Source: Patescibacteria group bacterium (GTDB lineage: Bacteria; Patescibacteriota; Patescibacteriia; Patescibacteriales; UBA12465). Taken from it: a stretch of 64,000 bases of DNA. Positions 35,818-45,523 of the stretch are shown here, one piece after another. The first letter of the stretch is position 1; each line of letters opens with the position of its first letter. The translations under genes and the position numbers were made by a program. The notes below the pieces were generated by a model that worked only from the letters and a program-made list of their open reading frames with translations, was not told the origin of the DNA and made no database searches. The stretch spans positions 18,444-82,443 of the forward strand of contig JAQVFY010000001.1 of NCBI GenBank assembly GCA_028696995.1. Direction: 5' to 3'.

Positions 35818-38295
35818 TTATATCTCCGTAACGAATTTAGGATCAATTAGACTTACTAGACGGCTCTTACTTATTGGATAATTATAATCATTAAAATTAC
35901 TACAAGACAAAAAGATCCCCTGTTTAGCTCTGGTTAGAGCCACATAAAAAAGTCTTTTCTCTTCTTCTAAATTATCAGATTTGAAAAGTGGAAAAATTCC
36001 TTCATTTAAACCTAAGAGAAAAACGTAATCAAACTCTAAACCTTTGACCTGGTGAACAGTAACTATGGGAATCTTACCTTGATCCAGTCCTAAAAAATCA
36101 ATATTTTTTACTAGACCAGCAAAATGAATTAAATTATGCAAAGAAGACCTAGCATCAAATTTTTTATTATCACGATTTTCAAAAAAAGTTTTTAAAGTTT
36201 CAAATGATTTTTGTCGTTGCTGAGCATTTTTATCTTTCTCATATAAATCCCTTAAACCAGAAACTTGCCAGATATGACTCAATAATTCCACCGGCCTTTT
36301 TTTATCTACTTCCTTTTCCCAATTATTTATATCTAAGCTAATATTTAAAAATTTAGCTTTAAATTTATTCCACAAAGCAATGCGCTCCTCGCTCTTACTT
36401 TTTAATTGCTTTATTAAATAAAACAATAATTCAATAGTTGCACCAACATCATCATCAGCACTATGAGTAGCTGTTTGAAAATTTAAATGTTTAGCAATAT
36501 TGCTAAGCTTATAAGAGGCTAAATTTAAGAACCTTCTAGACAGGTCTAAAGTATCATAATAATTATTAAAATCAATATCAATTCCCAATCTTTTAGAATT
36601 TTCTTTTATCATATTTAAATCAAACAAAACATTGTGCCCGGCCACCGCTGAGTTTCCAATAAATTTTTTTAAATCTTTCAATATTTTTTTAGGGTCCCTA
36701 CCCTTTTCTGCTAAAAATTCATCACTAATTTTATGAACAAAATAAGAAGACCCTACTGATTTTTTGTTCTTCAAATAAAAATGAAACTCCTCTCCCAATT
36801 TTCCATCAATTATTTCTCGAGCATAAATTTGAACAATCTCATCACTCGCCGGATTAATACCAGTTGTTTCGGTATCTAAAACAATAATCCGTCCAGATTT
36901 TTCATAATTAACAAGTTCACTAAAGGGTTCCGAAAAATTATAATTCTTAAAATTTAAAAAATCAGATAAATTAAGTCCACAATTTCTTCCATCTAAATAT
37001 ATTTTTTTAATAGTTTCTTTTCCAATATTTTTAGCCGATCGCTCAATAATTCTCTGAGCAGAAAAAATATCGGCTTTATTGAATAATATTTTTAAATAAG
37101 AAAAAATATCCTTAATTTCTTGACGTTTAAAAAAATCATATTGATCAACTGTTAAAAAAGAAATATTATTTTCCAAAAAAACTTTAGCGACCTTGGAAAT
37201 TAAATAATTAGCTCGATTTAAAACAACAATTTTGGCTTGAGGATTTTTTTCTTTTATTTTTTTAATATTATCAATAATCCAAGAAACTTCTTCGGAAAAA
37301 TTATAGGCTTTAAATAATTTTATACCACTACTTTCGTCATTTTCATCTTTTTCTTTTTTAACTATCACTCCGCTATTTATTTCCTTAGTCCTAGAGTCAT
37401 TCATATTCTTTAAAATTGACATAAAAGCCTCGATCAAAGTCGGATTAGAACGATAATTGATATTTAAATCAAACTCCTTAACTGGAGAAAAATGATCTTT
37501 AAATAATTTAGCAATAAAGACTGGCTGTGAATCTCTAAAACTATAGATTGTTTGATCAATATCACCTATCAAGGCAATATTTTTGTGCCTCTTGGCCAAC
37601 TCCTTAACAACCAAATATTCAGAAATATGTGTATCTTGAAATTCATCTAATTGAATAAAGCGAAAACGCTTAGACCATTTTTCGCTAATCTCTTTATTAC
37701 TCATTAAGGTTTTTAGGGTTATAAAAACCAGTTCATTAAAATCTAGTGAGTTTTGTTCACTCATTTTGTTTAAATATTCTTCGCCAAAAATTATAATTTC
37801 CGGCGATATCTGCTTTGCCTTAATTTTATGACCCATCTCTATTTGAAAAATAGAGAGACGATATTTATAAAAATTTTCTAAAATATTCAAAATTTCTCGA
37901 GGCTTATCAGGCCAACTCTGACCAGATTTTATAAAAATGTCTTTAGCAATTTCTAATTGTTCATCTTCATCTAATACTAAAAAATCGGACGATATTCCGA
38001 TATTATCGGCCTCACTTTTTATAAAATAAGCACAGAATCCATGAAAAGTAGAAATGGTCAAAGAATCAAAATCGTTTTTATCATCAATTCTCTCTTTTAT
38101 CCTATTTTTCATTTCATCGGCCGCCCGATTAGTAAAAGTCATGGCCAATACCTCATCCGGTCGAACACCTTCTTTTAGAGCGCGAATAATTCTCTCTGTC
38201 AGAACCGTAGTTTTTCCAGTCCCAACTGGAGCGCTAATTAAGTAAGCCCCCCAAATATTATTAATGATATTCTGTTGTGCTGGATTAAAATTCAT
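35818..38295 (-). CDS. UvrD/PcrA-family helicase with a DEDD (DnaQ-like) 3'-5' exonuclease domain inserted between helicase motifs IV and V
   Basis: 825 aa. Helicase motifs: Walker A APVGTGKTT, TFHGFC, DEFQDT, GDIDQTIYSFR, NYRSNP. Exonuclease motifs: VLDTETTG, HNVLFD, HSADDD. Then VHQVKGLEFDYVF and YVALTRAK. Confidence 0.9.
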   Translation of the reverse strand: MNFNPAQQNIINNIWGAYLISAPVGTGKTTVLTERIIRALKEGVRPDEVLAMTFTNRAADEMKNRIKERIDDKNDFDSLTISTFHGFCAYFIKSEADNIGISSDFLVLDEDEQLEIAKDIFIKSGQSWPDKPREILNILENFYKYRLSIFQIEMGHKIKAKQISPEIIIFGEEYLNKMSEQNSLDFNELVFITLKTLMSNKEISEKWSKRFRFIQLDEFQDTHISEYLVVKELAKRHKNIALIGDIDQTIYSFRDSQPVFIAKLFKDHFSPVKEFDLNINYRSNPTLIEAFMSILKNMNDSRTKEINSGVIVKKEKDENDESSGIKLFKAYNFSEEVSWIIDNIKKIKEKNPQAKIVVLNRANYLISKVAKVFLENNISFLTVDQYDFFKRQEIKDIFSYLKILFNKADIFSAQRIIERSAKNIGKETIKKIYLDGRNCGLNLSDFLNFKNYNFSEPFSELVNYEKSGRIIVLDTETTGINPASDEIVQIYAREIIDGKLGEEFHFYLKNKKSVGSSYFVHKISDEFLAEKGRDPKKILKDLKKFIGNSAVAGHNVLFDLNMIKENSKRLGIDIDFNNYYDTLDLSRRFLNLASYKLSNIAKHLNFQTATHSADDDVGATIELLFYLIKQLKSKSEERIALWNKFKAKFLNISLDINNWEKEVDKKRPVELLSHIWQVSGLRDLYEKDKNAQQRQKSFETLKTFFENRDNKKFDARSSLHNLIHFAGLVKNIDFLGLDQGKIPIVTVHQVKGLEFDYVFLLGLNEGIFPLFKSDNLEEEKRLFYVALTRAKQGIFLSCSNFNDYNYPISKSRLVSLIDPKFVTEI

Positions 38296-38385
38296 AAATA
38301 AATCTTATTATTAAATCTTTCATATAATAGCAAATTTACCTTTTGTATGCTAAAATAATAATAGGTTACTATTATAACATTTTTT

Positions 38386-39000
38386 ATGGACTTAAAGAAA
38401 GAGCAAGAATTATTTAGTCAAGGTTATAAATTAATTGGAGCTCTAGATGAAGCCGGTCGTGGTCCTCTGGCTGGCCCAGTAGTTAGCGCTTGTGTTATTA
38501 TTGATAAAAATTTTAAAATTACGCCAGACTTAGAAAAAATCAGAGACTCCAAAAAACTTAGTGCCAAACAAAGACAAGTCCTCTTCCCTATTATCAAACA
38601 AAGTGTCAGAGCGGTAGAAATAGGAGTTTGCAATAATGAAGAAATTGATAAAATAAATATTTTACAGGCCAGTTTTTTATCAATGCGCCGAGCTTTGAAT
38701 AAAATGGAATTAAAACCAGATATTATTTTGGTTGATGGTAAATTTAAAATACCAAAAATAGAGACAGCGCAAGAAGCTATAATTTCTGGAGATAATTTAA
38801 TTTTTAGCATCGCTATGGCTTCAATTATTGCTAAAGTTAGTCGTGATTTTATCATGGAAGAAATGCATAAAAAATACCCCTTATACTGCTTTGATAAGCA
38901 TAAAGGGTACGGCACTAAATTACACATGGAAATGATTGATTTATACGGTCCCTGTCCTATTCATCGATTAAGTTTTGCTCCGTTTAATTTAATAATATAA
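38386..39000 (+). CDS. rnhB: ribonuclease HII
   Basis: 204 aa. GALDEAGRGPLAGPVV catalytic motif and overall RNase HII length. Confidence 0.9.
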   Translation: MDLKKEQELFSQGYKLIGALDEAGRGPLAGPVVSACVIIDKNFKITPDLEKIRDSKKLSAKQRQVLFPIIKQSVRAVEIGVCNNEEIDKINILQASFLSMRRALNKMELKPDIILVDGKFKIPKIETAQEAIISGDNLIFSIAMASIIAKVSRDFIMEEMHKKYPLYCFDKHKGYGTKLHMEMIDLYGPCPIHRLSFAPFNLII

Positions 39001-39021
39001 ATATTTTTAATAAATAAAATT

Positions 39022-39543
39022 ATGAAAAAAACTAAAACACTAATAATTAATAATGAAAAAGTTTTTATTTTATTACAATTTCTTACATTATTATCAATAG
39101 CCACAATAGCTCCAATGATTGGTAATCAACTGATTACTGGATCTATCGTTAATGCAATATTATTTATTACAGTTATGCTCTTAGGAGTTAGGGCTGGAAT
39201 TTTAATTAGTATTATTCCAAGTTTTGTTGCTCTTTTTTCGGGAATAATATCAATTACTTTAATTCCAATAATTCCAATTGTTATTCTTGGTAATATTTTA
39301 TTAATTTTATGTTTTAATTTTTTAAAAGAAAAAAAATATTGGATAAAAATATTTTTTTCTAGTTTACTAAAATTTATTTTTATTTTTAGTTTTAGTAATT
39401 TATTTTTAAATTTAATATTAAAAAGGGAAATTATTCAAAAATTAATAGTAAATATGGGTTATTTCCAATTATTAACAGCCTTAAGTGGTGGAATTTTAGC
39501 TTTTTTTATTGTTAAATTTATTAATAAAGGTAAAATTAGTTAA
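39022..39543 (+). CDS. small polytopic membrane protein, function unknown
   Basis: 173 aa, 4-5 hydrophobic helices. Confidence 0.45.
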   Translation: MKKTKTLIINNEKVFILLQFLTLLSIATIAPMIGNQLITGSIVNAILFITVMLLGVRAGILISIIPSFVALFSGIISITLIPIIPIVILGNILLILCFNFLKEKKYWIKIFFSSLLKFIFIFSFSNLFLNLILKREIIQKLIVNMGYFQLLTALSGGILAFFIVKFINKGKIS

Positions 39544-40990
39544 TAACATTATTAATCCTTTTTAAACTTTTCTTTTTACCTAATATTTCAGCGATTTCAG
39601 TTGGACTGGGGCTATTTTTTTCTCCACTTAAAGCTACACGCATCGGCCATAGATAATCACCATTTTTTTTGTTATTATTCTTAATATAATTAAAAATAAT
39701 TTCTTCTAATTTTTTCTTAGTCCAATCATTCTCACTAAGACTCTCTAAAACAGGAATTAATTCCTTTAAATTATTTTTTACTTCCTTTAAACTTAAATTT
39801 TTCCAAATCAACAAATTTTCATCATAAACTATATCATCTCTAAAAAAATAAAAACTTAATTCATTAATATCTTCCAATTTTTTTAATCTTTCTTGCGAAA
39901 CAGTAATAACTTTATGAATAAATTTTAAATCAGTCTTTTCATCCACTAATCCTTCTTTAATTAAATAAGGTCGACATAAATCACTTAACTCCTCTATATT
40001 TTTTTGACGAAGATAATAGCCGTTTAAATAATCTAATTTTTCTAAATCAAAAACAGCTGGACTAGATCCCATTCCGGAAATATTAAATTTTTTAATAATT
40101 TCGTCCATGCTCAAAATTTCTTGATCATCTTTAGGATGCCAACCAAGCAAGGCACAAAAATTAATAATAGCTTCTGGCAGATAACCCTTATTCCTATAAT
40201 CTTCCACAAAAACATCGCCCTGTCTCTTGCTTAATTTTCCCCCACCCTTATTTAATATCAATGGCAAATGAATAAATTTCGGCAGCTCCCAACCAAAAGC
40301 TTGATACAATAAAGCATTTTTAGGAAAACTGGCCAGCCATTCATCACCTCTGCTTACATGACTTATTTCCATCAAATGATCATCAATAATATTGGCGAAT
40401 TGATAAGTAGGAATCCCATTTGATTTCATTAAAACATGATCATCTAAATCAGCTGTTTTAAAAACAATTTTTCCGCGCAATTCATCTACTACTTCTACAT
40501 AAATATTTTGTGGAATCTTTTGTCGAATAACATAACTTTCGCCATTTTTTATTTTTTTATCCACTTCCTCCTTACTTAAATTACGACAATGACCATCATA
40601 TTTAGGTGCTTGTTTATTTTCTTGCTGCTTATTTCTCATCTCCTCTAATCTCTCTGCTGAGCAAAAACAATGATAAGCTCCATCTTTTTTTAATAATTCT
40701 TTAATATATTTCTGATAAATTTCTAAGCGCTCGGTTTGAATATATGGACCATATTTACCACCGATATGAGGACCTTCGTCAAATTTTATACCAACCCAAG
40801 AAAAAACATCTAATAAACTTTTTACTGCCCCTTCGACCTCCCTTTTTTGATCTGTATCTTCAATGCGTAAAATAAAATCACCGCCCATACTTTTAGCTAA
40901 TAAATAGCCAAATAAAGCGGAACGTAAATTACCAATATGTAAAAATCCAGTTGGCGATGGTGCAAATCTTAATCTAATTTTATTTTTCAT
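39536..40990 (-). CDS. gltX: glutamyl-tRNA synthetase
   Basis: 484 aa. RFAPSPTGFLHIGN (HIGH) and KLSKRQG (KMSKS). Confidence 0.95.
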   Translation of the reverse strand: MKNKIRLRFAPSPTGFLHIGNLRSALFGYLLAKSMGGDFILRIEDTDQKREVEGAVKSLLDVFSWVGIKFDEGPHIGGKYGPYIQTERLEIYQKYIKELLKKDGAYHCFCSAERLEEMRNKQQENKQAPKYDGHCRNLSKEEVDKKIKNGESYVIRQKIPQNIYVEVVDELRGKIVFKTADLDDHVLMKSNGIPTYQFANIIDDHLMEISHVSRGDEWLASFPKNALLYQAFGWELPKFIHLPLILNKGGGKLSKRQGDVFVEDYRNKGYLPEAIINFCALLGWHPKDDQEILSMDEIIKKFNISGMGSSPAVFDLEKLDYLNGYYLRQKNIEELSDLCRPYLIKEGLVDEKTDLKFIHKVITVSQERLKKLEDINELSFYFFRDDIVYDENLLIWKNLSLKEVKNNLKELIPVLESLSENDWTKKKLEEIIFNYIKNNNKKNGDYLWPMRVALSGEKNSPSPTEIAEILGKKKSLKRINNVIN

Positions 40991-41007
40991 AATTTATATT
41001 TTATATT

Positions 41008-42327
41008 TTATCTTTTTCCCTCTAAATAATCCTTAAACTTTTTTAAAAAAATTTTAGTACCATCCTTTCTCATAGGATGGACTTCGTTGATAAAATTACT
41101 GGCTCGAACCCATTTCCAAGCCGAATGATCCCAGAAATTAAGACGAATATCAGAGTCATCACCTTTAAATTCAGCAATTAATAAACTCTGTTTTTGTCCC
41201 TTAAAACCATAACGTCCTTTACTATTAGTTTTATATTTAAAGATATTTTTGTAAATCTTTTTTGGAAAAAATTCTTTAATACCCAATTCTTCATACATTT
41301 CTCGACTACCGGCTCGCATTACTCTGTCACCATCAGTGCCTCCCTGTGGTAATTGCCAATGACCCTCTTCTTCACTTCTTTCTACTAATAATATTTGATA
41401 ATGTTCCAATGGATTTCTTTTTTTGTTTTCTAGAGCAGTATAAGGTAATATTTCTTTTTTATACAAGAGACAAGCCACATTTTTCCTATAAAAATGAGGT
41501 CCAATAAATTTCCAATAAAGAAATTTACTCATAAAAACAAAGATAGCTCGATAAATTCTTTTAGATCTTTTTAATGGTTGTTTTATTAAACGCCAGAGCC
41601 ATTCTAAGCCAAATAATCTCATCCAACGAGGAGCTCGCTTTATTTTACCAGTTAAAAAATCCAAAGCGCCTCCAATACCAATACCTATTTTAATAGTCGG
41701 AACTTTTGTTAAATTATGATAAATAAATTTTTCTTGATAAGGAGCTCCAAAATTACAAATCATAATATCGGGCTCAAAATCTAAAATTTTATTAGGCACC
41801 AAGAAATCTAATTTTTCATTAATCTTTTTTTCTATTTTTTTAGCAAATTTAGTAAAAATATTTTTTTTCTCAAAATCAAAATTAATGAGATCTTTTTTAA
41901 TAGGAACAGAAAAATCAAAATCAGCATTTTCAATTAAAAATTTTAAATTGGGATAACGATTATTTAGAGCAATAGAAATTTCTGTTGAAGTTGATAAACC
42001 TTTTTTGTTATTAACTATTAAAACTTTTTTATTTTTCTCTTCTGCTATTTTAAAAATTTCTAAAACAGCATCAGCCCCAGTAAAACGCTTTAATTTTTTT
42101 CGCATCAAAAAGCTGGCAATTTTTAAACCAAAACCATCGGCTAATGACAGACTAGCCTTATTAAGAATATAAAATAATTCTTCATCTTTTTGCCCTTTTA
42201 ATATTATTTCTGGATTAGGAGTAACAATATAGTTTTGTTGGTTAGATGATAAAAAAGAGTTTATCTTTTTATTAAATTCAGAAACGTCAATATCATTATC
42301 GATATTTATGCCTAAAATATTTACCAT
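41008..42327 (-). CDS. WecB/TagA/CpsF-family glycosyltransferase fused to a C-terminal Nudix hydrolase
   Basis: 439 aa. FGAPYQEKFIYHNL...KRAPRWMRLFGLEWLWRLIKQPLKRSKR (WecG/TagA signature). C-terminal Nudix box GGTDGDRVMRAGSREMYEELGI. Confidence 0.8.
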   Translation of the reverse strand: MVNILGINIDNDIDVSEFNKKINSFLSSNQQNYIVTPNPEIILKGQKDEELFYILNKASLSLADGFGLKIASFLMRKKLKRFTGADAVLEIFKIAEEKNKKVLIVNNKKGLSTSTEISIALNNRYPNLKFLIENADFDFSVPIKKDLINFDFEKKNIFTKFAKKIEKKINEKLDFLVPNKILDFEPDIMICNFGAPYQEKFIYHNLTKVPTIKIGIGIGGALDFLTGKIKRAPRWMRLFGLEWLWRLIKQPLKRSKRIYRAIFVFMSKFLYWKFIGPHFYRKNVACLLYKKEILPYTALENKKRNPLEHYQILLVERSEEEGHWQLPQGGTDGDRVMRAGSREMYEELGIKEFFPKKIYKNIFKYKTNSKGRYGFKGQKQSLLIAEFKGDDSDIRLNFWDHSAWKWVRASNFINEVHPMRKDGTKIFLKKFKDYLEGKR

Positions 42328-42546
42328 ATAATTACTAATTTTTTTTAATTTTTATTTAATCTGCTATAAATTTATTATATATTAAATATGATTTTTAGTA
42401 AACATAAGGAATTTTAAATAGTTTAAGCAAGAAGTGTTTTTTACATAAAGCTCCATCTTTAAAAAATATTGGACTTTTACCTAAAAATTTGTTAAAATTT
42501 TAATAACAATAATCTTTTATATAAATAAAAATTTATAAAAATTAAT

Positions 42547-43515
42547 ATGAAAAAATTTCAACAAATTTCCAGTAAAATCAAATCTTTAATAATTGATAAT
42601 CCCAAGAAGCCACGAGCCATAAAATGGTATAATGTTTTAAATCCTGGCCGTAATGAAATAAATTATTTAAAAAAAGAATTCAATTTTGCCGATAAATATC
42701 TAGAAGCTTCCTTGGTCAGAATATCAGCTCAACGCCCAATGATATATTCCGGAGATAGCTATTTATTTATAATTCTTCACTTCCCTGTTTTTTCAGGAGG
42801 AAGAATTATTCCCGGAGAAATAGAGTTTTTTGTTGGACACGGATTCTTAGTTACCTTGCATGATGGCAAAAATAAAACTTTAAATGAGTTTTTTGATTAT
42901 TGTCAAAAAGATGCTGTTTTTCTAGAATCATATCAATCCGAATCATCAGCTATACTGCTATATGAAATCTTAGAAAAACTAATTCAAGATTCTTATTCCC
43001 TTTTAGACGATAATAATATTAAAATTAATGAAGTTGAGAAAAAAATATTTTCCCAGCAACAAAAAATCACCATATCTGAATTATTAACTTTAAAAAGAAA
43101 TATTATTAATATTCGACGTATTGTTCAGAACCATAAAAATATTATGAAAAAACTAACCGAAATGAAAAGCTCTTTGGTTCCTCAAAAAGAAATTATTAAA
43201 TATTATGACATTTTAGCTGAACATAGTCAGAGAATCTGGGAATTTTCTGAAATTCAAAAAGAAATTATTGATTCTCTACATGATACTAGCGAATCAGTGA
43301 TGAGCTATAAAATAAATAATATTATGAAAACCCTAACCGTTGTTTCAGTTATTTTAATGCCTTTAAACTTAATAGCCTCAATGCTAGGGATGAATCTAGA
43401 ACCAAACCCATTAAAAACTCAAAGTGGTCTAATATTTTTTATCAATGTTGGTATAATAATGTTTGTTCTAACTATAATAATGTTAATTTTCTTTAAAAGA
43501 AAAAAATGGCTCTAA
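42547..43515 (+). CDS. corA: CorA-family magnesium/cobalt transporter
   Basis: 322 aa. C-terminal two TM helices with the LGMNLEP (GMN) signature. Confidence 0.85.
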   Translation: MKKFQQISSKIKSLIIDNPKKPRAIKWYNVLNPGRNEINYLKKEFNFADKYLEASLVRISAQRPMIYSGDSYLFIILHFPVFSGGRIIPGEIEFFVGHGFLVTLHDGKNKTLNEFFDYCQKDAVFLESYQSESSAILLYEILEKLIQDSYSLLDDNNIKINEVEKKIFSQQQKITISELLTLKRNIINIRRIVQNHKNIMKKLTEMKSSLVPQKEIIKYYDILAEHSQRIWEFSEIQKEIIDSLHDTSESVMSYKINNIMKTLTVVSVILMPLNLIASMLGMNLEPNPLKTQSGLIFFINVGIIMFVLTIIMLIFFKRKKWL

Positions 43516-43546
43516 AATAAGGAAATAATCAAAAAATAACAATAAA

Positions 43547-43569
43547 AACCCACTTTAAAGTGGTTTTTT
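43547..43569 (+). terminator. intrinsic terminator after corA
   Basis: aacccactttaaagtggtttttt. Confidence 0.55.
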
Positions 43570-43647
43570 GTTTAAATCTCCAAAACATTGACATTATTTT
43601 ATAAATATGCTAAAGTCCTATATTAATGTCAAATAAATTTTAAGGAT

Positions 43648-44769
43648 ATGAAAATATATATTATCGGACAAAAAGGCATTCCAGCAATGGGTGGCGGAGT
43701 AGAAACTCACGTTCAAAACTTGTCATTGAAATTGACTGAAAAAGGTCATGATGTTTTTGTTTATACTAGACACAGTTATAGTGATAAAAAATTAAAAAAA
43801 TATCAAAAAGTTAATCTTATTTCTCTTCCTAGTATCAAAACTAAAAGTTTAGACGCTATTAGCCACACTTTTTTAGCTTGTCTAGATTTAATTTTTAAAA
43901 GAAGGGCCGATGTTGTCCATTTTCATTCTATTGGTCCAGCTTCTTTAATCTGGCTAATAAAATTATTTAAACCGAAGACTAAAATTATTTTTACTTTTCA
44001 TAGTCAATGTTATTTTAATACCAAATGGGGACGCTTAGCTAAATTTTACTTAAATTTAGGAGAAAGAATTGGTTGTAAAATGGCCGATGAAGTTATTGTT
44101 GTTTCTGAAAATTTAAAAAAATATGTAGAAGATAAATATGGACGTCGGGTGCATTTTATTCCTAATGGAGTCAATACGGCTAAAATATTACCAGCTAATT
44201 TTATAAAGAATAATTGGAGTATAGAGAAAGACTCATATATTCTTTCAGTTTCTCGTTTAGTAAAAAACAAGGGCTTAGAATATTTAATTACAGCTTATAA
44301 TAATATTTCAACTGATAAAAAATTAGTAATAGTAGGTGATGGAAGTTATATAAATAAATTAATGAAATTAGCTTCAAATAATGATAATATTATTTTTACA
44401 GGTAAACAGCATGGAGATATTTTAGCTGAATTATACTCTAATGCTAATTTATTTGTTCAATCATCCGAAGCAGAAGGTTTGTCTATCTCTCTATTAGAAG
44501 CAATTTCTTATAGATTACCAATTTTAATTAGTGATATCGAAGCCAACACTGAAGTTTTAGGAGAAGATTCTTTTAGTTTTAAAAATAAAGATATTAATGA
44601 TTTAAAATTAAAATTAGAAAAATATTTAAATAAAAATGAAACCGAAGGATTAAATTCCTCTAAAGATTTATTAGATATTGACAATAATATTGAAAAAAAG
44701 TACAATGATATAATGTCTAAATATAATTGGGAGGATATTGTTAACAAGACCATAGAATTATATAAATAA
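43648..44769 (+). CDS. GT4-family glycosyltransferase
   Basis: 373 aa. N-terminal MKIYIIGQKGIPAMGGGVETHV and the C-terminal E-x7-E-containing GT-B domain. Confidence 0.8.
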   Translation: MKIYIIGQKGIPAMGGGVETHVQNLSLKLTEKGHDVFVYTRHSYSDKKLKKYQKVNLISLPSIKTKSLDAISHTFLACLDLIFKRRADVVHFHSIGPASLIWLIKLFKPKTKIIFTFHSQCYFNTKWGRLAKFYLNLGERIGCKMADEVIVVSENLKKYVEDKYGRRVHFIPNGVNTAKILPANFIKNNWSIEKDSYILSVSRLVKNKGLEYLITAYNNISTDKKLVIVGDGSYINKLMKLASNNDNIIFTGKQHGDILAELYSNANLFVQSSEAEGLSISLLEAISYRLPILISDIEANTEVLGEDSFSFKNKDINDLKLKLEKYLNKNETEGLNSSKDLLDIDNNIEKKYNDIMSKYNWEDIVNKTIELYK

Positions 44770-44773
44770 CCAC

Positions 44774-44789
44774 CCTTGTTATTCCCACG
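44774..44789. repeat. left inverted repeat flanking the GC-rich lipoprotein gene
   Basis: ccttgttattcccacg. Its reverse complement cgtgggaataacaagg matches cacgggaataacaagg at 45502-45517 at 14 of 16 positions. Confidence 0.6.
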
Positions 44790-44881
44790 TAAAAGCCACG
44801 TATAACTCGCCACACAAATGCGACTCACACGTGACTAACGTAAAGATCTTTAAAAACAAACATAAACCAAAAAAACAAACC

Positions 44882-45391
44882 ATGAAAAAATTGTTCTTTT
44901 TATTCGCAGTTGTAGCCCTATTGGGCTCCTGCAAGGAATTCGAAATGCCGGCTCCAAATGGAGCGTCAGGCGAAACTCCCACCGGATATATCTGGCCAGG
45001 ACATGCCACCCCAAAGCCGGTAGAATTTCTGGGGAAAACCCAGGTTTCTTCCGGAGTGTATGACTACGCTTTTCGGATGCATTTGGACGGCAGTCAGGTT
45101 GATCCCAATCCTCTTACCCTGAGCTCATTCTCAATCCCCCACGTAGGACCTACAGGATGCGCTCCAAGCAACGGCGACGTTATCTATCATAACGTGGATA
45201 ATGACGCTCAGTATTACATAGATAAGATCGAAGGAGGTTGGATATACTATAGGATTCGATCAACCATCGGGCACACATTAAAATATAATATTTCAAAAAT
45301 GCCCGGAGCAATCCCAGGATGGTGGTTTCTTAAGTACGGTTTGCTGGACGACGATGGAATAAATAATATCATCACTTTCGTCACTAACTAA
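44882..45391 (+). CDS. GC-rich lipoprotein (signal peptide plus lipobox LLGSC), function unknown
   Basis: Start re-set to MKKLFFLFAVVALLGSC; the ORF track gives 44831. About 50% GC against about 30% background. No SD. Confidence 0.55.
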   Translation: MKKLFFLFAVVALLGSCKEFEMPAPNGASGETPTGYIWPGHATPKPVEFLGKTQVSSGVYDYAFRMHLDGSQVDPNPLTLSSFSIPHVGPTGCAPSNGDVIYHNVDNDAQYYIDKIEGGWIYYRIRSTIGHTLKYNISKMPGAIPGWWFLKYGLLDDDGINNIITFVTN

Positions 45392-45417
45392 CGAAACCGC
45401 CAACCGAAAAACACAAA

Positions 45418-45444
45418 GAGCCGAATAACCGTTCGGCTTTTTTT
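45418..45444 (+). terminator. intrinsic terminator after the lipoprotein gene
   Basis: agccgaataaccgttcggcttttttt. Confidence 0.65.
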
Positions 45445-45472
45445 AATTCTACGCAAAATTAAGAAAATCTGG

Positions 45473-45517
45473 ATTCCCGCTTTCGCGGGAATGACAAAGG
45501 ACACGGGAATAACAAGG
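45473..45517 (+). repeat. composite element copy 1: hairpin ATTCCCGC-TTTC-GCGGGAAT, then GACAAAGG, 4 nt, then GGGAATAACAAGG (right inverted repeat)
   Basis: Same architecture as 62371-62433 and 63609-63655. Confidence 0.6.
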
Positions 45518-45523
45518 AAGAAA

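Noticed and set aside
38424-38927. 167-aa ORF antisense to rnhB
   Set aside because: Complete overlap with RNase HII, which has a clear catalytic motif.
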